DNA of 64,000 nucleotides from a virus: the IMG/VR virus record IMGVR_UViG_3300025073_000026. The stretch is one strand, 5' to 3'. The notes below the pieces were generated by a model. That model saw nothing but the letters and a program-made list of their open reading frames with translations. It searched no databases and was not told the DNA's origin. The translations under genes and the position numbers were made by a program. This document shows positions 54,025 through 63,267 of the stretch, piece by piece (position 1 is the stretch's first letter; each line of letters begins with the position of its first letter).

Positions 54025-54626
54025 ATGCAACCAACTACGATTGGCTTCAGGACGCTCGTGAGCAGGCTGGTACCAAAAGCTTAGCAGTCATCCCCAGACA
54101 GTGGGTGGACGAATTCTGCAACAGGAATCCCATGTGGTTCCATGACCTGTGCAGGGAGGTGAAATCCTATCAAGGGCGGGTGACCATAGTCTCAGAAGGC
54201 TGGGATACCAATGTGACAGACCTGAATCCTTTTGGAGTTACTTTCAAGGAGCCCGGATCAGTTGCTATCACATTTCATGTGCCGGTCTATATCCGAATTC
54301 GCAAGCACCCCAATTGGGGCTTTATGCCCTTCATTTACTATGGTGCCAATGCAGATTGGCATGGTGGGTGGCACGGTTCCGAACAGGCCGCTCGTGAGGA
54401 AACCCATAGGGTACTGAATGGAAACGGAACCAAGGCACAGCCGGGGTATCTCGATTACTTCACTGAACAGCACAATATCGACTGCAAAGTAATTGATGTC
54501 CCTGTAGAGCCGTATGATGAATGGCAATGTAGCAGTTGCCACAAGGAAGTCTCCTTCATGGGATACACCGGGAACAAAATCATGGGTACCTGCATCAATT
54601 GCAGAAAGCCTCAGACTAGGGAATAG
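54021..54626 (+). CDS. hypothetical protein with C-terminal zinc ribbon
   Basis: CSSC...CINC. Confidence 0.6.
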   Translation: MNATNYDWLQDAREQAGTKSLAVIPRQWVDEFCNRNPMWFHDLCREVKSYQGRVTIVSEGWDTNVTDLNPFGVTFKEPGSVAITFHVPVYIRIRKHPNWGFMPFIYYGANADWHGGWHGSEQAAREETHRVLNGNGTKAQPGYLDYFTEQHNIDCKVIDVPVEPYDEWQCSSCHKEVSFMGYTGNKIMGTCINCRKPQTRE

Positions 54627-54628
54627 AG

Positions 54629-55246
54629 ATGGACTGGCTCGAAAAGTTTAAGGTCAATGTCCCGGAGGGGCAGGACGGTGTGTGGTCCGTCAAGAAATTC
54701 AACGTGAGCAAAAGGGACGCTGAATACGAACAGATGAGGGCCAGTTGTTCATCTAATGGCGGGCGGGGTGTACCCGCTGGAACCTACACGGGGCTCTATC
54801 GGGGTGACACACTGATCATGTCAGATACTCCGGATGAGATTCTCGATCATCTGGATATCATCCGCAAGGCGGCGGGGCATTGTCTGATCGGTGGTCTGGG
54901 TCTTGGTATGGTGACAAAAGCTATGCTCCAGAAACCAGAAGTCACCCATGTCACTGTAATCGAGTTGGCACCTGAGGTCATCCGGTTGATTGGAACCCAC
55001 CTTCAGGCAGAGTTTCCTGACCGCCTGACTATTGTAGAGGGGGACATCCTGACGTGGAAACCCCATAAGGGAGTCAAGTACGATACGGCATGGTTCGACA
55101 TATGGGATGGCATCTGCACGGACAACTTGAAGGAAATCAGCACACTCAATCGGAGATTTGCCCGGTGTGCTAAGGTAAAGCATTCGTGGCAGGAGGATAG
55201 GCTCCGGTACGAATTGAGACGTCTACAGAACTCTTGGGGATGGTAG
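54629..55246 (+). CDS. class I SAM-dependent methyltransferase (spermidine-synthase-like fold)
   Basis: LIGGLGLGMV, VTVIEL.PEVI, IVEGD, YDTAWFDIW. Confidence 0.8.
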   Translation: MDWLEKFKVNVPEGQDGVWSVKKFNVSKRDAEYEQMRASCSSNGGRGVPAGTYTGLYRGDTLIMSDTPDEILDHLDIIRKAAGHCLIGGLGLGMVTKAMLQKPEVTHVTVIELAPEVIRLIGTHLQAEFPDRLTIVEGDILTWKPHKGVKYDTAWFDIWDGICTDNLKEISTLNRRFARCAKVKHSWQEDRLRYELRRLQNSWGW

Positions 55247-55252
55247 GAATAC

Positions 55253-55837
55253 ATGGAAAGCACACAAGACCTTGCAGCAAAGTTGGTAGCCACCCTGAAA
55301 GGTATGTCTCGTTACGCCCCTCCAGGTTGGGGATTACCGACCAACTGGACGATAGCCACTGTGGAATCCTGCACAGGCGGGGCTTTGGCCAATGCCATTA
55401 CAGATATACCGGGTGCCAGTGAAGTGTTCAAGTACGGGTGGGTAACCTACTCCGACGACGCCAAACGTACCTTTGGTAGCGGGTACGGCAACTTCGGGTC
55501 CATGGATGATGCAATCCGAAAACACACAGTCTACTCCCCTGATGTCGCCCTGGAGATGGCTCGATCCGGGCAAACGACAGCCAACTCAGAGATCGCAATC
55601 GGGATTACGGGGACTCTCAACCGTGAGGACCCAGCCAATCCTGGAGTTACCCAAGGCTCCGTGAATATCGCCATCTATACCGTCTTGCCGGATGCTGACT
55701 GCCAAACGCACGTTCACATGGCCATTCCAGTTACAGACAGACGCACCATGAAGGACCAGATCGTCCACAAGGTGCTTGAAACAACTTTGGCCTTGCTCAG
55801 AGAAGTTAATCCGTTAGGTAGCCAAGTAGCAGAGTAG
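55253..55837 (+). CDS. CinA C-terminal / PncC NMN deamidase family protein
   Basis: VESCTGG, IPGASEVF..GWVTYS.DAK, S...A.EMA, IGITG. Confidence 0.85.
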   Translation: MESTQDLAAKLVATLKGMSRYAPPGWGLPTNWTIATVESCTGGALANAITDIPGASEVFKYGWVTYSDDAKRTFGSGYGNFGSMDDAIRKHTVYSPDVALEMARSGQTTANSEIAIGITGTLNREDPANPGVTQGSVNIAIYTVLPDADCQTHVHMAIPVTDRRTMKDQIVHKVLETTLALLREVNPLGSQVAE

Positions 55838-55884
55838 TATGAGAATGTGGAACGTAGCTATTCCACTCCGATGGAGATGATGCC

Positions 55885-56547
55885 ATGCGTAAGAATACTG
55901 TGAGGCTAAAACCACCCATCAAACTGGGAGACACAGTACGAGTCAGGATTCCTATCTGGAGACGTTGCGATGTGTGTGACGGTGAGGGTCGGATGCTTAA
56001 GGGCTACAAAAGGTGTCCAGCCTGCAACGACTATCACAATGGCGGGAATCCAGGCCGCGTATTAGTTGGGTACAAGGTGATCAAGTCCCGCCTGACTAGT
56101 GTCTCTTATGCAGGTTCGATAAGAGCAACGATCGAGGATCGCCCTGGTGAAGCTTTCTTCCCGGACAGTTTCCCGGATTGGCCTAAAGACTTTACTCGTG
56201 ATCCAGTGGTCATGTCCGATGGGTCGTTTGTCCGTAGACCCTATTGGATGCTCATAGACGTTCCTGGCACGATCCCATGTAAAGTGTGCAAGAAAGGGAA
56301 GCTCCGGTCCAAGCTGCTGAGACGATCTTTCACCTGCCCCTCGTGTCAAGGAACTGGTACCATCTATCACAGTGATCGGGTCACGGTAGAACAATCACCC
56401 TACTTGACTGACGAAGCGATATGGTCCTCAGACGGCGAGGCCACTATCACCTATCGCTCTGATTCCTATCCCACAGAGAAGGATGCCAAAGCAGCAGCTC
56501 GCAAGCGCAATCGAATCCTTAGCCAGAAAGAAATGAAATCCAGTTAA
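55885..56547 (+). CDS. protein with DnaJ-type CxxCxGxG zinc repeats
   Basis: CDVCDGEG, CPAC, CKVC, CPSCQGTG; promoter at 55812-55839. Confidence 0.65.
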   Translation: MRKNTVRLKPPIKLGDTVRVRIPIWRRCDVCDGEGRMLKGYKRCPACNDYHNGGNPGRVLVGYKVIKSRLTSVSYAGSIRATIEDRPGEAFFPDSFPDWPKDFTRDPVVMSDGSFVRRPYWMLIDVPGTIPCKVCKKGKLRSKLLRRSFTCPSCQGTGTIYHSDRVTVEQSPYLTDEAIWSSDGEATITYRSDSYPTEKDAKAAARKRNRILSQKEMKSS

Positions 56548-56593
56548 GAATTTGGTAAGTTGGGTAGTATCAGTGTGATAGGGGGCAAAGGTA

Positions 56594-56923
56594 ATGACGC
56601 CTATGGCAATCTGGTACATGAACAACGAAGTTTTCCGGGATCTCAGCTTTGGTTCACAGTCTTGTAAGGAATTGGGGATTGATCTCCCGGACCCCAAGAA
56701 TCTTCCTGGCACCCACACCATGGTTCTTAACATGAGTGGGGTTGATCTGGATGATGCTTTCACGCGATGCAATGATCCCGTTCCTAACGGTCTTCTGGCA
56801 CAAAACGTCCAGATGCTTGGACTTCGGCACACTTCCATGAGTGTGGGCGACATCGTAGTCATGGATGGCCACGCCTTCATGTGCGACAACAGCGGTTGGT
56901 ACGATTTGGGGAAATTCTGTTAG
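56594..56923 (+). CDS. hypothetical protein (YodL-like)
   Basis: LDDAF.RCN...HTSMSVGDIVV; promoter at 56542-56569. Confidence 0.65.
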   Translation: MTPMAIWYMNNEVFRDLSFGSQSCKELGIDLPDPKNLPGTHTMVLNMSGVDLDDAFTRCNDPVPNGLLAQNVQMLGLRHTSMSVGDIVVMDGHAFMCDNSGWYDLGKFC

Positions 56924-56974
56924 AGACAGCAAAATTAGAGTAGTACAGGATGTTGACATAAAGGAGCCTAACCG

Positions 56975-57280
56975 ATGAAAGCCTATATCACGAAGTACGC
57001 ATTGACTCAGGGTATCCTGGAAGTTGATGGGGAGATATCTGGGAGCTGCCCAACCATGTTCAACTATCTTGATGCCACGAGTTCGTGGAACTACATAATC
57101 AGCACTCACAAACCCGACTGGTACCTGTCCCTTGAGGAAGCTCAGGCTTACGCCGAGAAACTTCGGCTCAAAAAGATCGCGTCCATCAATAAGCAGATGG
57201 CCCAGTTGAAAAACATGGAAATCAAGGTGACTGTGATTCCCTGTAGGAAGAAAGCAGCCGACACGTCGGTTGAGGAGTAG
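56975..57280 (+). CDS. hypothetical protein
   Basis: AAGGAG RBS; promoter at 56918-56945. Confidence 0.65.
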   Translation: MKAYITKYALTQGILEVDGEISGSCPTMFNYLDATSSWNYIISTHKPDWYLSLEEAQAYAEKLRLKKIASINKQMAQLKNMEIKVTVIPCRKKAADTSVEE

Positions 57281-57749
57281 GGCCAGGGATCAATGCACGT
57301 ATTGTACCTGTAAGGGCAACTGGAAGGTTTGCAACTGCACAGTTTGCCCTATCAAGGAGACGTGGTTTGTCAAGGAGTACGACCTCCGGCATCAGAAGTT
57401 GGTGGATGCCCTTACTGGATTGCTGGGCTGCTTTGACACGCCAATCGCCCGTAGGGCTTTCTCTAATTCCTTCACGGAGGAAGCATTGAAGGATGCTAGG
57501 GAGACCTTGAAAGAACTCCGGATCCCGGTCAAACAGGCACAGCGAGAATTCGGGGTCTACGTCAGGGCGACCTCCCCCCAACTGGCAGAAAAGCCAGTTG
57601 GTACCATCACCTGCAGAGACACGATGACTGCTGCAGCAATACTTCGGGGTATGGCTGAGTCCGGGAGAGAGTTTTTCGGGCATCCAGCCAATGAGTTGGA
57701 AATCGGTGAGCCATGGGTGGAGAAGAGGAGTACGAGGGGACATCATTGA
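57270..57749 (+). CDS. hypothetical protein (start uncertain)
   Basis: Co-oriented ORF. Confidence 0.45.
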   Translation: MRSRARDQCTYCTCKGNWKVCNCTVCPIKETWFVKEYDLRHQKLVDALTGLLGCFDTPIARRAFSNSFTEEALKDARETLKELRIPVKQAQREFGVYVRATSPQLAEKPVGTITCRDTMTAAAILRGMAESGREFFGHPANELEIGEPWVEKRSTRGHH

Positions 57750-57794
57750 CTTTGGTGGTGATTCTACCAAGACTTCTTCCTGGATGAAAATGCC

Positions 57795-57947
57795 ATGGAT
57801 ATGGTCACTCAGTCCGAGTTGGTCCAAGAAGGGAAAATAGGACACATTACAGGATCAGATATAAACGGGCAACAACTACCAAATGCCTGCATGTGCTACG
57901 CTAGTCCGATTGACCCACCGGACAGCGACTCAAAACCCAAGGAGTAG
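57795..57947 (+). CDS. small ORF resembling a capsid-protein segment
   Basis: Manual translation MDMVTQSELVQEGKIGHITGSDI...LPNACMCYASP; frame open from 57762. Confidence 0.3.
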   Translation: MDMVTQSELVQEGKIGHITGSDINGQQLPNACMCYASPIDPPDSDSKPKE

Positions 57948-57951
57948 TGCC

Positions 57952-58323
57952 ATGCCTTTCGTGAACCTTCCAAAGCTGAAAGACATTGACGCTTGGAAAT
58001 GCCCACCTATTCCCGGACCCGGGATATATCTAATTGCCGAGTATGACGGGGCAGACTGGCGATTACGAGGACTCTGCGAATTGGCACAACGGTTCAGTGA
58101 GAAAACCGGATGCCATCTCAAAGGTTTGTATGGCCGCTGGATTGATGATGGCGGGAAGCGATGCACCGTGAACCTCCGGGGCCGACATTGGGTTTGGCGG
58201 AAATTGGGTTTCCCCGTGATTCAATCGGAATGGACTCGTAACTTTCGGCAGGGATCACTATTAAGGCCATGGGACATCACCTACATAGACGAAGCCCCAG
58301 CGGAAGATAGTGGCAAAACCTAG
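57952..58323 (+). CDS. hypothetical protein
   Basis: AAGGAG RBS before MPFVNL. Confidence 0.55.
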   Translation: MPFVNLPKLKDIDAWKCPPIPGPGIYLIAEYDGADWRLRGLCELAQRFSEKTGCHLKGLYGRWIDDGGKRCTVNLRGRHWVWRKLGFPVIQSEWTRNFRQGSLLRPWDITYIDEAPAEDSGKT

Positions 58324-58823
58324 GCCCAAGCCCCTTCCGTCTTAGCATCAGCCGGAGAGAACACATGTACTAACTGCAAGAGAACAGGATGCTCCTCTGT
58401 AGTCCGATATCCCTGTGTGCATGTCCAGATATCCTCTGACACTACACTACGGGCTGTGGCTGTCACCCCGTCATCCGTCTCCCCGGAAACCGTGGTCATT
58501 ACCATAGTGGACCCGTTGACATTCACACCCATAGCAGGATTCAGTTCCACGCTGGCAACCCTGTAACCCCCATCATGGGACAACCTGATAAGAAAGGGGT
58601 TATCCGCTTCATAACCGCCATTCCCATGCCCATGCTTCACAGGGCACGTCCACATCAACTTTGAGACTACACCCCGAACACCATTCAGGATCCTCACCAT
58701 CGTCTCGTCTGAGAAACTGGCCAAAATCACCGGAGCAGTCCCATCCGGTTTAGTGGCTGACTCTACAATCAACTTGGCTACTGTACTGTTAGATCCGTCT
58801 TGCCCCATTTCAATCGTGAACAT
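58320..58823 (-). CDS. hypothetical protein
   Basis: Downstream of the lysin-like gene. Confidence 0.55.
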   Translation of the reverse strand: MFTIEMGQDGSNSTVAKLIVESATKPDGTAPVILASFSDETMVRILNGVRGVVSKLMWTCPVKHGHGNGGYEADNPFLIRLSHDGGYRVASVELNPAMGVNVNGSTMVMTTVSGETDDGVTATARSVVSEDIWTCTQGYRTTEEHPVLLQLVHVFSPADAKTEGAWA

Positions 58824-58852
58824 TGTCCGTCCCCCTCACTGTAAGGTTCCCA

Positions 58853-59902
58853 CTATTCCAACACGATTGGCCACGCATCTCTGCCCTTCCACGGCCCACC
58901 TACAGGACTACATGTCACGGGATCCACGTCCATGACCCTGTAGAAATCCCACCCCTGAGTGAATCCCTCAGCCTGCTCAATCAGCCGGAACGTCTGCTTA
59001 GTGCCACTATAGTACTTCTCCGGAGTGCCATCCCCATCCACATCCTTCTTTGGGTAGTACCCATCCGCACCCCAACGATACAAGCCCGATTGAAGCGGCT
59101 TGCCCGGATTGGCAGGATCTTCAAGGTTCAAACCATTACCTCCCACTTTGAGGACGATAACGCAGTGGTGTTCCATCTCCACGAAGTTCACTTTCCGCAT
59201 CCACTCCCAATGCTTATAGAGAGTGTTCATTGGGATCTTTTCGAGACGGCGAACGCCTTCAACTTCGCAGTAGTCACCAAAGCCTGGAATCAGGGAGTTC
59301 TTGAAGACGTGATCGAAGTCTGCGTTGGCGATATCGAATGCACTTCGACCGATCCTGAAGTTGTAGTCGCTGTTAGCACAAAGGATATGAGCCATCATAA
59401 GGGATGCCCAAGGGGAACAGGTTCCGCCGTGCAACGGCTTGACCAGCGTGTTACCAGGGACGATCTTCCCCACTAGCGGAATCACGAACTTCTTCTGTAC
59501 ATCAAACTCTGGTTTGTCAAACAGATAAGGGTTGATCCACCCCCCATACCTGCACCCCTGTCCGTTGTCGCACGTCTGCTGCAATTTGATGGACTCGGAT
59601 ATCCGTTTGTCAAAGTTGGTGACCGGAAGTGTAGACGGGAGAGCACGGACTTCCTTGAAAGTATCCACCACCGTATCTACAATACCCTGTAGATCGGCCA
59701 GGATACCATCTAGAATCGCCAGAGTCTTGTTACCCACTACACCATCAACGGATAGGCCATGATCGACTTGAAAAGCCCTTACTGCACGGTCTGTGATCGC
59801 ACCAAAAATGCCGTCAGCAACCCCGCAAGGATATCCTGCCCGATTCAACTTGCCCTGCAACAGCCGGACTGGTTCTCCCATGAAGCCTTTCTTGAGTAGC
59901 AT
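58853..59902 (-). CDS. peptidoglycan-binding-domain protein, endolysin candidate
   Basis: LKKG..GEPVRLLQ..L...GY....ADGIFG..T..AVRAFQ..HGL.VDGVVG..T (PG_binding_1); C-terminal GGTCSPW...EHHC suggests a Cys/His hydrolase. Confidence 0.75.
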   Translation of the reverse strand: MLLKKGFMGEPVRLLQGKLNRAGYPCGVADGIFGAITDRAVRAFQVDHGLSVDGVVGNKTLAILDGILADLQGIVDTVVDTFKEVRALPSTLPVTNFDKRISESIKLQQTCDNGQGCRYGGWINPYLFDKPEFDVQKKFVIPLVGKIVPGNTLVKPLHGGTCSPWASLMMAHILCANSDYNFRIGRSAFDIANADFDHVFKNSLIPGFGDYCEVEGVRRLEKIPMNTLYKHWEWMRKVNFVEMEHHCVIVLKVGGNGLNLEDPANPGKPLQSGLYRWGADGYYPKKDVDGDGTPEKYYSGTKQTFRLIEQAEGFTQGWDFYRVMDVDPVTCSPVGGPWKGRDAWPIVLE

Positions 59903-59994
59903 CGTTTTCACCTCCACTGCACACTATACCACAGGGGATAGCCGCAAAAATGGAGTATAGTAGATTGCTGCTGGTAAGGAGCGGTTGAAAAGCC

Positions 59995-60417
59995 ATGTGG
60001 GTGAAATTGACTAGCACGGAAGATATAACGAGGAAGGGACTCCTAAGAGAGGGGTTGGGGTACCTCAGATTGGGTGAAGCGCAATACGATGGGAAGCGGT
60101 ATCCTGTAGATGACATTAAAGTGGAGGGCGGGTTCCTTCACTTATGGGTACCACGCCGATGGAAAAACCTGCCGGATACTCTAGTCTGTCTCGCCGGATG
60201 GCTCGTCGTTCTCCTTTTAGTTTGGAGGGGAAAGGTTCGGATACCCATTGCAATGTGGTGGCTGGGTTTTGGTCTACCCATAGCGGTTGCCATACAGGTT
60301 ATAGGTAGATTCCTTTTCAGTAGACTTACCCGCAAGAAGCGCATCGCACAACTTGAAAATGAAGTACGGGGACTCGCGACCAGGGCCGACAATAGTTGGT
60401 TGAACGGAAACCTTTAA
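59995..60417 (+). CDS. membrane protein
   Basis: Two hydrophobic helices. Confidence 0.55.
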   Translation: MWVKLTSTEDITRKGLLREGLGYLRLGEAQYDGKRYPVDDIKVEGGFLHLWVPRRWKNLPDTLVCLAGWLVVLLLVWRGKVRIPIAMWWLGFGLPIAVAIQVIGRFLFSRLTRKKRIAQLENEVRGLATRADNSWLNGNL

Positions 60418-60434
60418 CCCGGAGTGATTCATCC

Positions 60435-60686
60435 ATGCTAATGACCCCAGAGCAGATCCAAAATGCGCTACGTCCCTACTTCCCCACTGATACGGTAGAG
60501 GTTTACCCCGAGGGGGATAGTGCCAGAGTTGTTATCGTATCCAAGAAATTTACCTGTCAAGAGAAGGCATTCCGTGAGTACACTATCCGGGCTGTTCTAC
60601 CCCTTGGCTTTGAAGGCATCCTTTCCTTGTGGACACCTGCTGAGGTCATTGAACGATTCACACAGGAAGGCGGGCCGACCACTTAG
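60435..60686 (+). CDS. BolA-like protein (degenerate)
   Basis: EQIQNAL...V.V...GDS.RVVIVS.KF...R...I.A.L...L.LWTP.E pattern; the HR and HAL motifs are absent. Confidence 0.5.
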   Translation: MLMTPEQIQNALRPYFPTDTVEVYPEGDSARVVIVSKKFTCQEKAFREYTIRAVLPLGFEGILSLWTPAEVIERFTQEGGPTT

Positions 60687-60687
60687 T

Positions 60688-62145
60688 ATGGAACCTGTCA
60701 TCCTACGACCCGGTTTCCACGACAATCGTCCTGAGGCACGTCTGTACTATGGGATAGACGTAATCTCCGGGTTACGGATACTGCCAGACAACTCTGTGCA
60801 TTGTGCGGCAACCAGCCCACCTTATTGGGGCTTAAGGGACTACGGCACAGAACCCGTTGTATGGGGTGGTGATCTAACCTGTGACCACGAATGGTTTGAT
60901 ACGTCTGTCACCAGGAAAGGATCAACCAACGGGCGGATAGACCTTGGCTCGACCTTGATATCCGCCAATGGTCCGAAAACGTTGGCTCCTGGACTGGACA
61001 ATGACCCGATTGGAACAAAGCAATACAGGACAGATGGAATGGCGACTTGCCATAAATGCGGTGCATGGAAGGGGCATTTGGGTTTGGAACCAACCCCACA
61101 GATGTTCATACAGCATCTTGTGCAGATTTTCCGTGAAGTCAAACGGGTACTGCGATCTGATGGAGTGCTCTGGCTCAATCTAGGGGATTGCTTTGCACAG
61201 GCTCGGGGACATGGGCATTGGGAATGTAGAGATGGCAAAGGAGATGAATCAGGGCAGAAAGCCACTCAACTTTGGGCTGGTAAAGATGCTTCTGATATTG
61301 GACTCAAACCCAAGGACTTGATCGGTATTCCATGGAGAGCAGCGTTTGCCTTGCAAGATGATGGTTGGTGGTTGCGCTCTTGCGTATGCTGGGAAAAACC
61401 GAATGCCCTTCCGGAACCCGTGATTGATAGACCAACTCAATCACATGAATACCTGTTCCTACTGACCAAGAGTGCTAGGTATTACTACGACCACATGGCT
61501 GTTAGAGAGAATGCCACTAGAGACAAATCCGGGTGTAAAGACCGTAGGAAATATGAGTCCGGTGAGAATCAACGTGTGGGGACTGCTCGTGGAGAATCTA
61601 TCCCGTGGATCAACACAGGGGACGGACGCAATTTAAGATCCGTTTGGTCAATTCCGACCCAACCCTATCCAGGCAGCCACTTTGCAACATGGCCCACCAC
61701 ACTAGTAGAACGTCTTATCAAAACAGGGTCATCAGAGAAAGGGTGCTGCCCTATTTGTGGAGCCCCATGGGTACGGGTACTACAGCGAACTGATGCTGTA
61801 GATGAACGTGCCTGCGGGAGTCGCTTTGATAAAGGCAAAACAGTAGCCAGGCTAGGTGGTGAAAGAACTCAACCCGGAGAACGATACCTACAGCAGATGA
61901 CTGGCTGGCAACCTTCCTGTGGTTGCCCTAACAACACTCCTACCCACTGCACTATCCTAGACCCCTTTTCAGGAAGCGGTACAACGGGCTACAAGGCTCT
62001 GCAACTAGGAAGGAACTACATTGGTATTGACTTGAATCCAACCTACCTGGAAATGGCAATCAGACGCATCAGTGGGGAACCCGCTCTAAAAGAGCCGGAT
62101 GACGCTGATACATCCTTCATGGATACCTTTGGGACTAACGAATGA
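60688..62145 (+). CDS. site-specific DNA methyltransferase (N4-C/N6-A, beta class)
   Basis: TSPPYWGLRDY, LWLNLGD, KPKDLIGIPWR.AFAL, HFATWP, LDPFSGSGTT. Confidence 0.92.
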   Translation: MEPVILRPGFHDNRPEARLYYGIDVISGLRILPDNSVHCAATSPPYWGLRDYGTEPVVWGGDLTCDHEWFDTSVTRKGSTNGRIDLGSTLISANGPKTLAPGLDNDPIGTKQYRTDGMATCHKCGAWKGHLGLEPTPQMFIQHLVQIFREVKRVLRSDGVLWLNLGDCFAQARGHGHWECRDGKGDESGQKATQLWAGKDASDIGLKPKDLIGIPWRAAFALQDDGWWLRSCVCWEKPNALPEPVIDRPTQSHEYLFLLTKSARYYYDHMAVRENATRDKSGCKDRRKYESGENQRVGTARGESIPWINTGDGRNLRSVWSIPTQPYPGSHFATWPTTLVERLIKTGSSEKGCCPICGAPWVRVLQRTDAVDERACGSRFDKGKTVARLGGERTQPGERYLQQMTGWQPSCGCPNNTPTHCTILDPFSGSGTTGYKALQLGRNYIGIDLNPTYLEMAIRRISGEPALKEPDDADTSFMDTFGTNE

Positions 62146-62939
62146 CTCAAGTAGAAATCCGGCAACAGGAAGCCACTCAACTCCTGCGATCATTAGCGCC
62201 AGGATCAGCCCAAATTATCCTAACCGATCCGCCTTATGGTATTGCCTATCACTCAGGGCACTACAAGGACAAGAACCCCCACGCACCTGTAGCTAGAGAT
62301 TGGAATTTCCAGATAGGCTCCTTTCTGAATGTAGCAGCACAGCCCTTGAAAGAAGGCGGGGTTATCTACCTGTTCTGCCGCTGGGACGTGTATCCCCTTT
62401 GGGTTCAACAGATCCCGCCTCCATTGAAGTTGAAGAACGCCATCATTTGGGTCAAAGACAACTGGAGTGCAGGTGATCTGACTGGTAACTTTGGGTACCA
62501 ATACGAAATCCTGATGATGCTCACTAAGGGACGGCACACCATCCGTGGGCATAGGTATCCCAACGTATGGCCTTTCCCACGAGTACCATCCAAGTCTTTG
62601 ACGCATCCAACTGAAAAGCCAGTTCCAGTATTGCAACGGGCTATCATAGCATCATCGGATGAAGGCGATTTGATAGTGGACCCCTTCTGTGGCTCAGGGA
62701 GCACAGGAACAGCTGCTGTCTCTACTAATCGGAATGTCCTACTGGGGGATATCGATCCCAAGATGGTACGGCTGACTGCCGAACGGCTAGATGTACCTTG
62801 CCCTGAGATGGTGGATGCAGAACCGGAATCTATGCCTGTTGATCCATGCTACAATCTAGAACCGCCAGACCCAAACTTGTGGGGGATCCATCCAGAAGAT
62901 TTGGCTGAGTGGATAAAGCGATCTACAGGACCGGCTTGA
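62142..62939 (+). CDS. site-specific DNA methyltransferase (beta class)
   Basis: TDPPYG, IIWVK, HPTEKP, VDPFCGSGST. Confidence 0.92.
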   Translation: MTQVEIRQQEATQLLRSLAPGSAQIILTDPPYGIAYHSGHYKDKNPHAPVARDWNFQIGSFLNVAAQPLKEGGVIYLFCRWDVYPLWVQQIPPPLKLKNAIIWVKDNWSAGDLTGNFGYQYEILMMLTKGRHTIRGHRYPNVWPFPRVPSKSLTHPTEKPVPVLQRAIIASSDEGDLIVDPFCGSGSTGTAAVSTNRNVLLGDIDPKMVRLTAERLDVPCPEMVDAEPESMPVDPCYNLEPPDPNLWGIHPEDLAEWIKRSTGPA

Positions 62940-63267
62940 GCTTCTTCTTGAGGTCTTCCTTGAACTGCTGAACTACACCGGCGATTTCTTCTCTATCCCT
63001 AGGTGAATCTCCGAAATCATTCTCCAGCTGCTCTTGGAGCCCCATAGCTGCTAAACGCAGTGCTTTAATGGCACTCACGAAGTCGGCACTGGTGGTAATT
63101 GAACCATTACAAATAGCCGCAAGGATCAGAGCAATTTTACCTGAGTAGGTCGATGCAAAAGGTACGCTGAATGCGGCATGCTTCTTCAACAGCGGGGTCA
63201 AGTGCTTCCGAGTCTCAGGCTTATCATGTGCTAGTTTCACTAACTGGTTATAGAGTTGCTTTTCCAC
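62923..63267 (-). CDS. hypothetical protein with shared N-terminal leader motif
   Basis: GGAGGT RBS and GTG start; LYNQLVKLAHDKPETRKHLTPLL. Confidence 0.7.
   Translation of the reverse strand: MEKQLYNQLVKLAHDKPETRKHLTPLLKKHAAFSVPFASTYSGKIALILAAICNGSITTSADFVSAIKALRLAAMGLQEQLENDFGDSPRDREEIAGVVQQFKEDLKKKLKPVL

Noticed and set aside
57747-57761. TGA readthrough joining ORF 57270 to the capsid-like fragment
   Set aside because: It would need two TGA readthroughs within five codons, and TGA is a common true stop here
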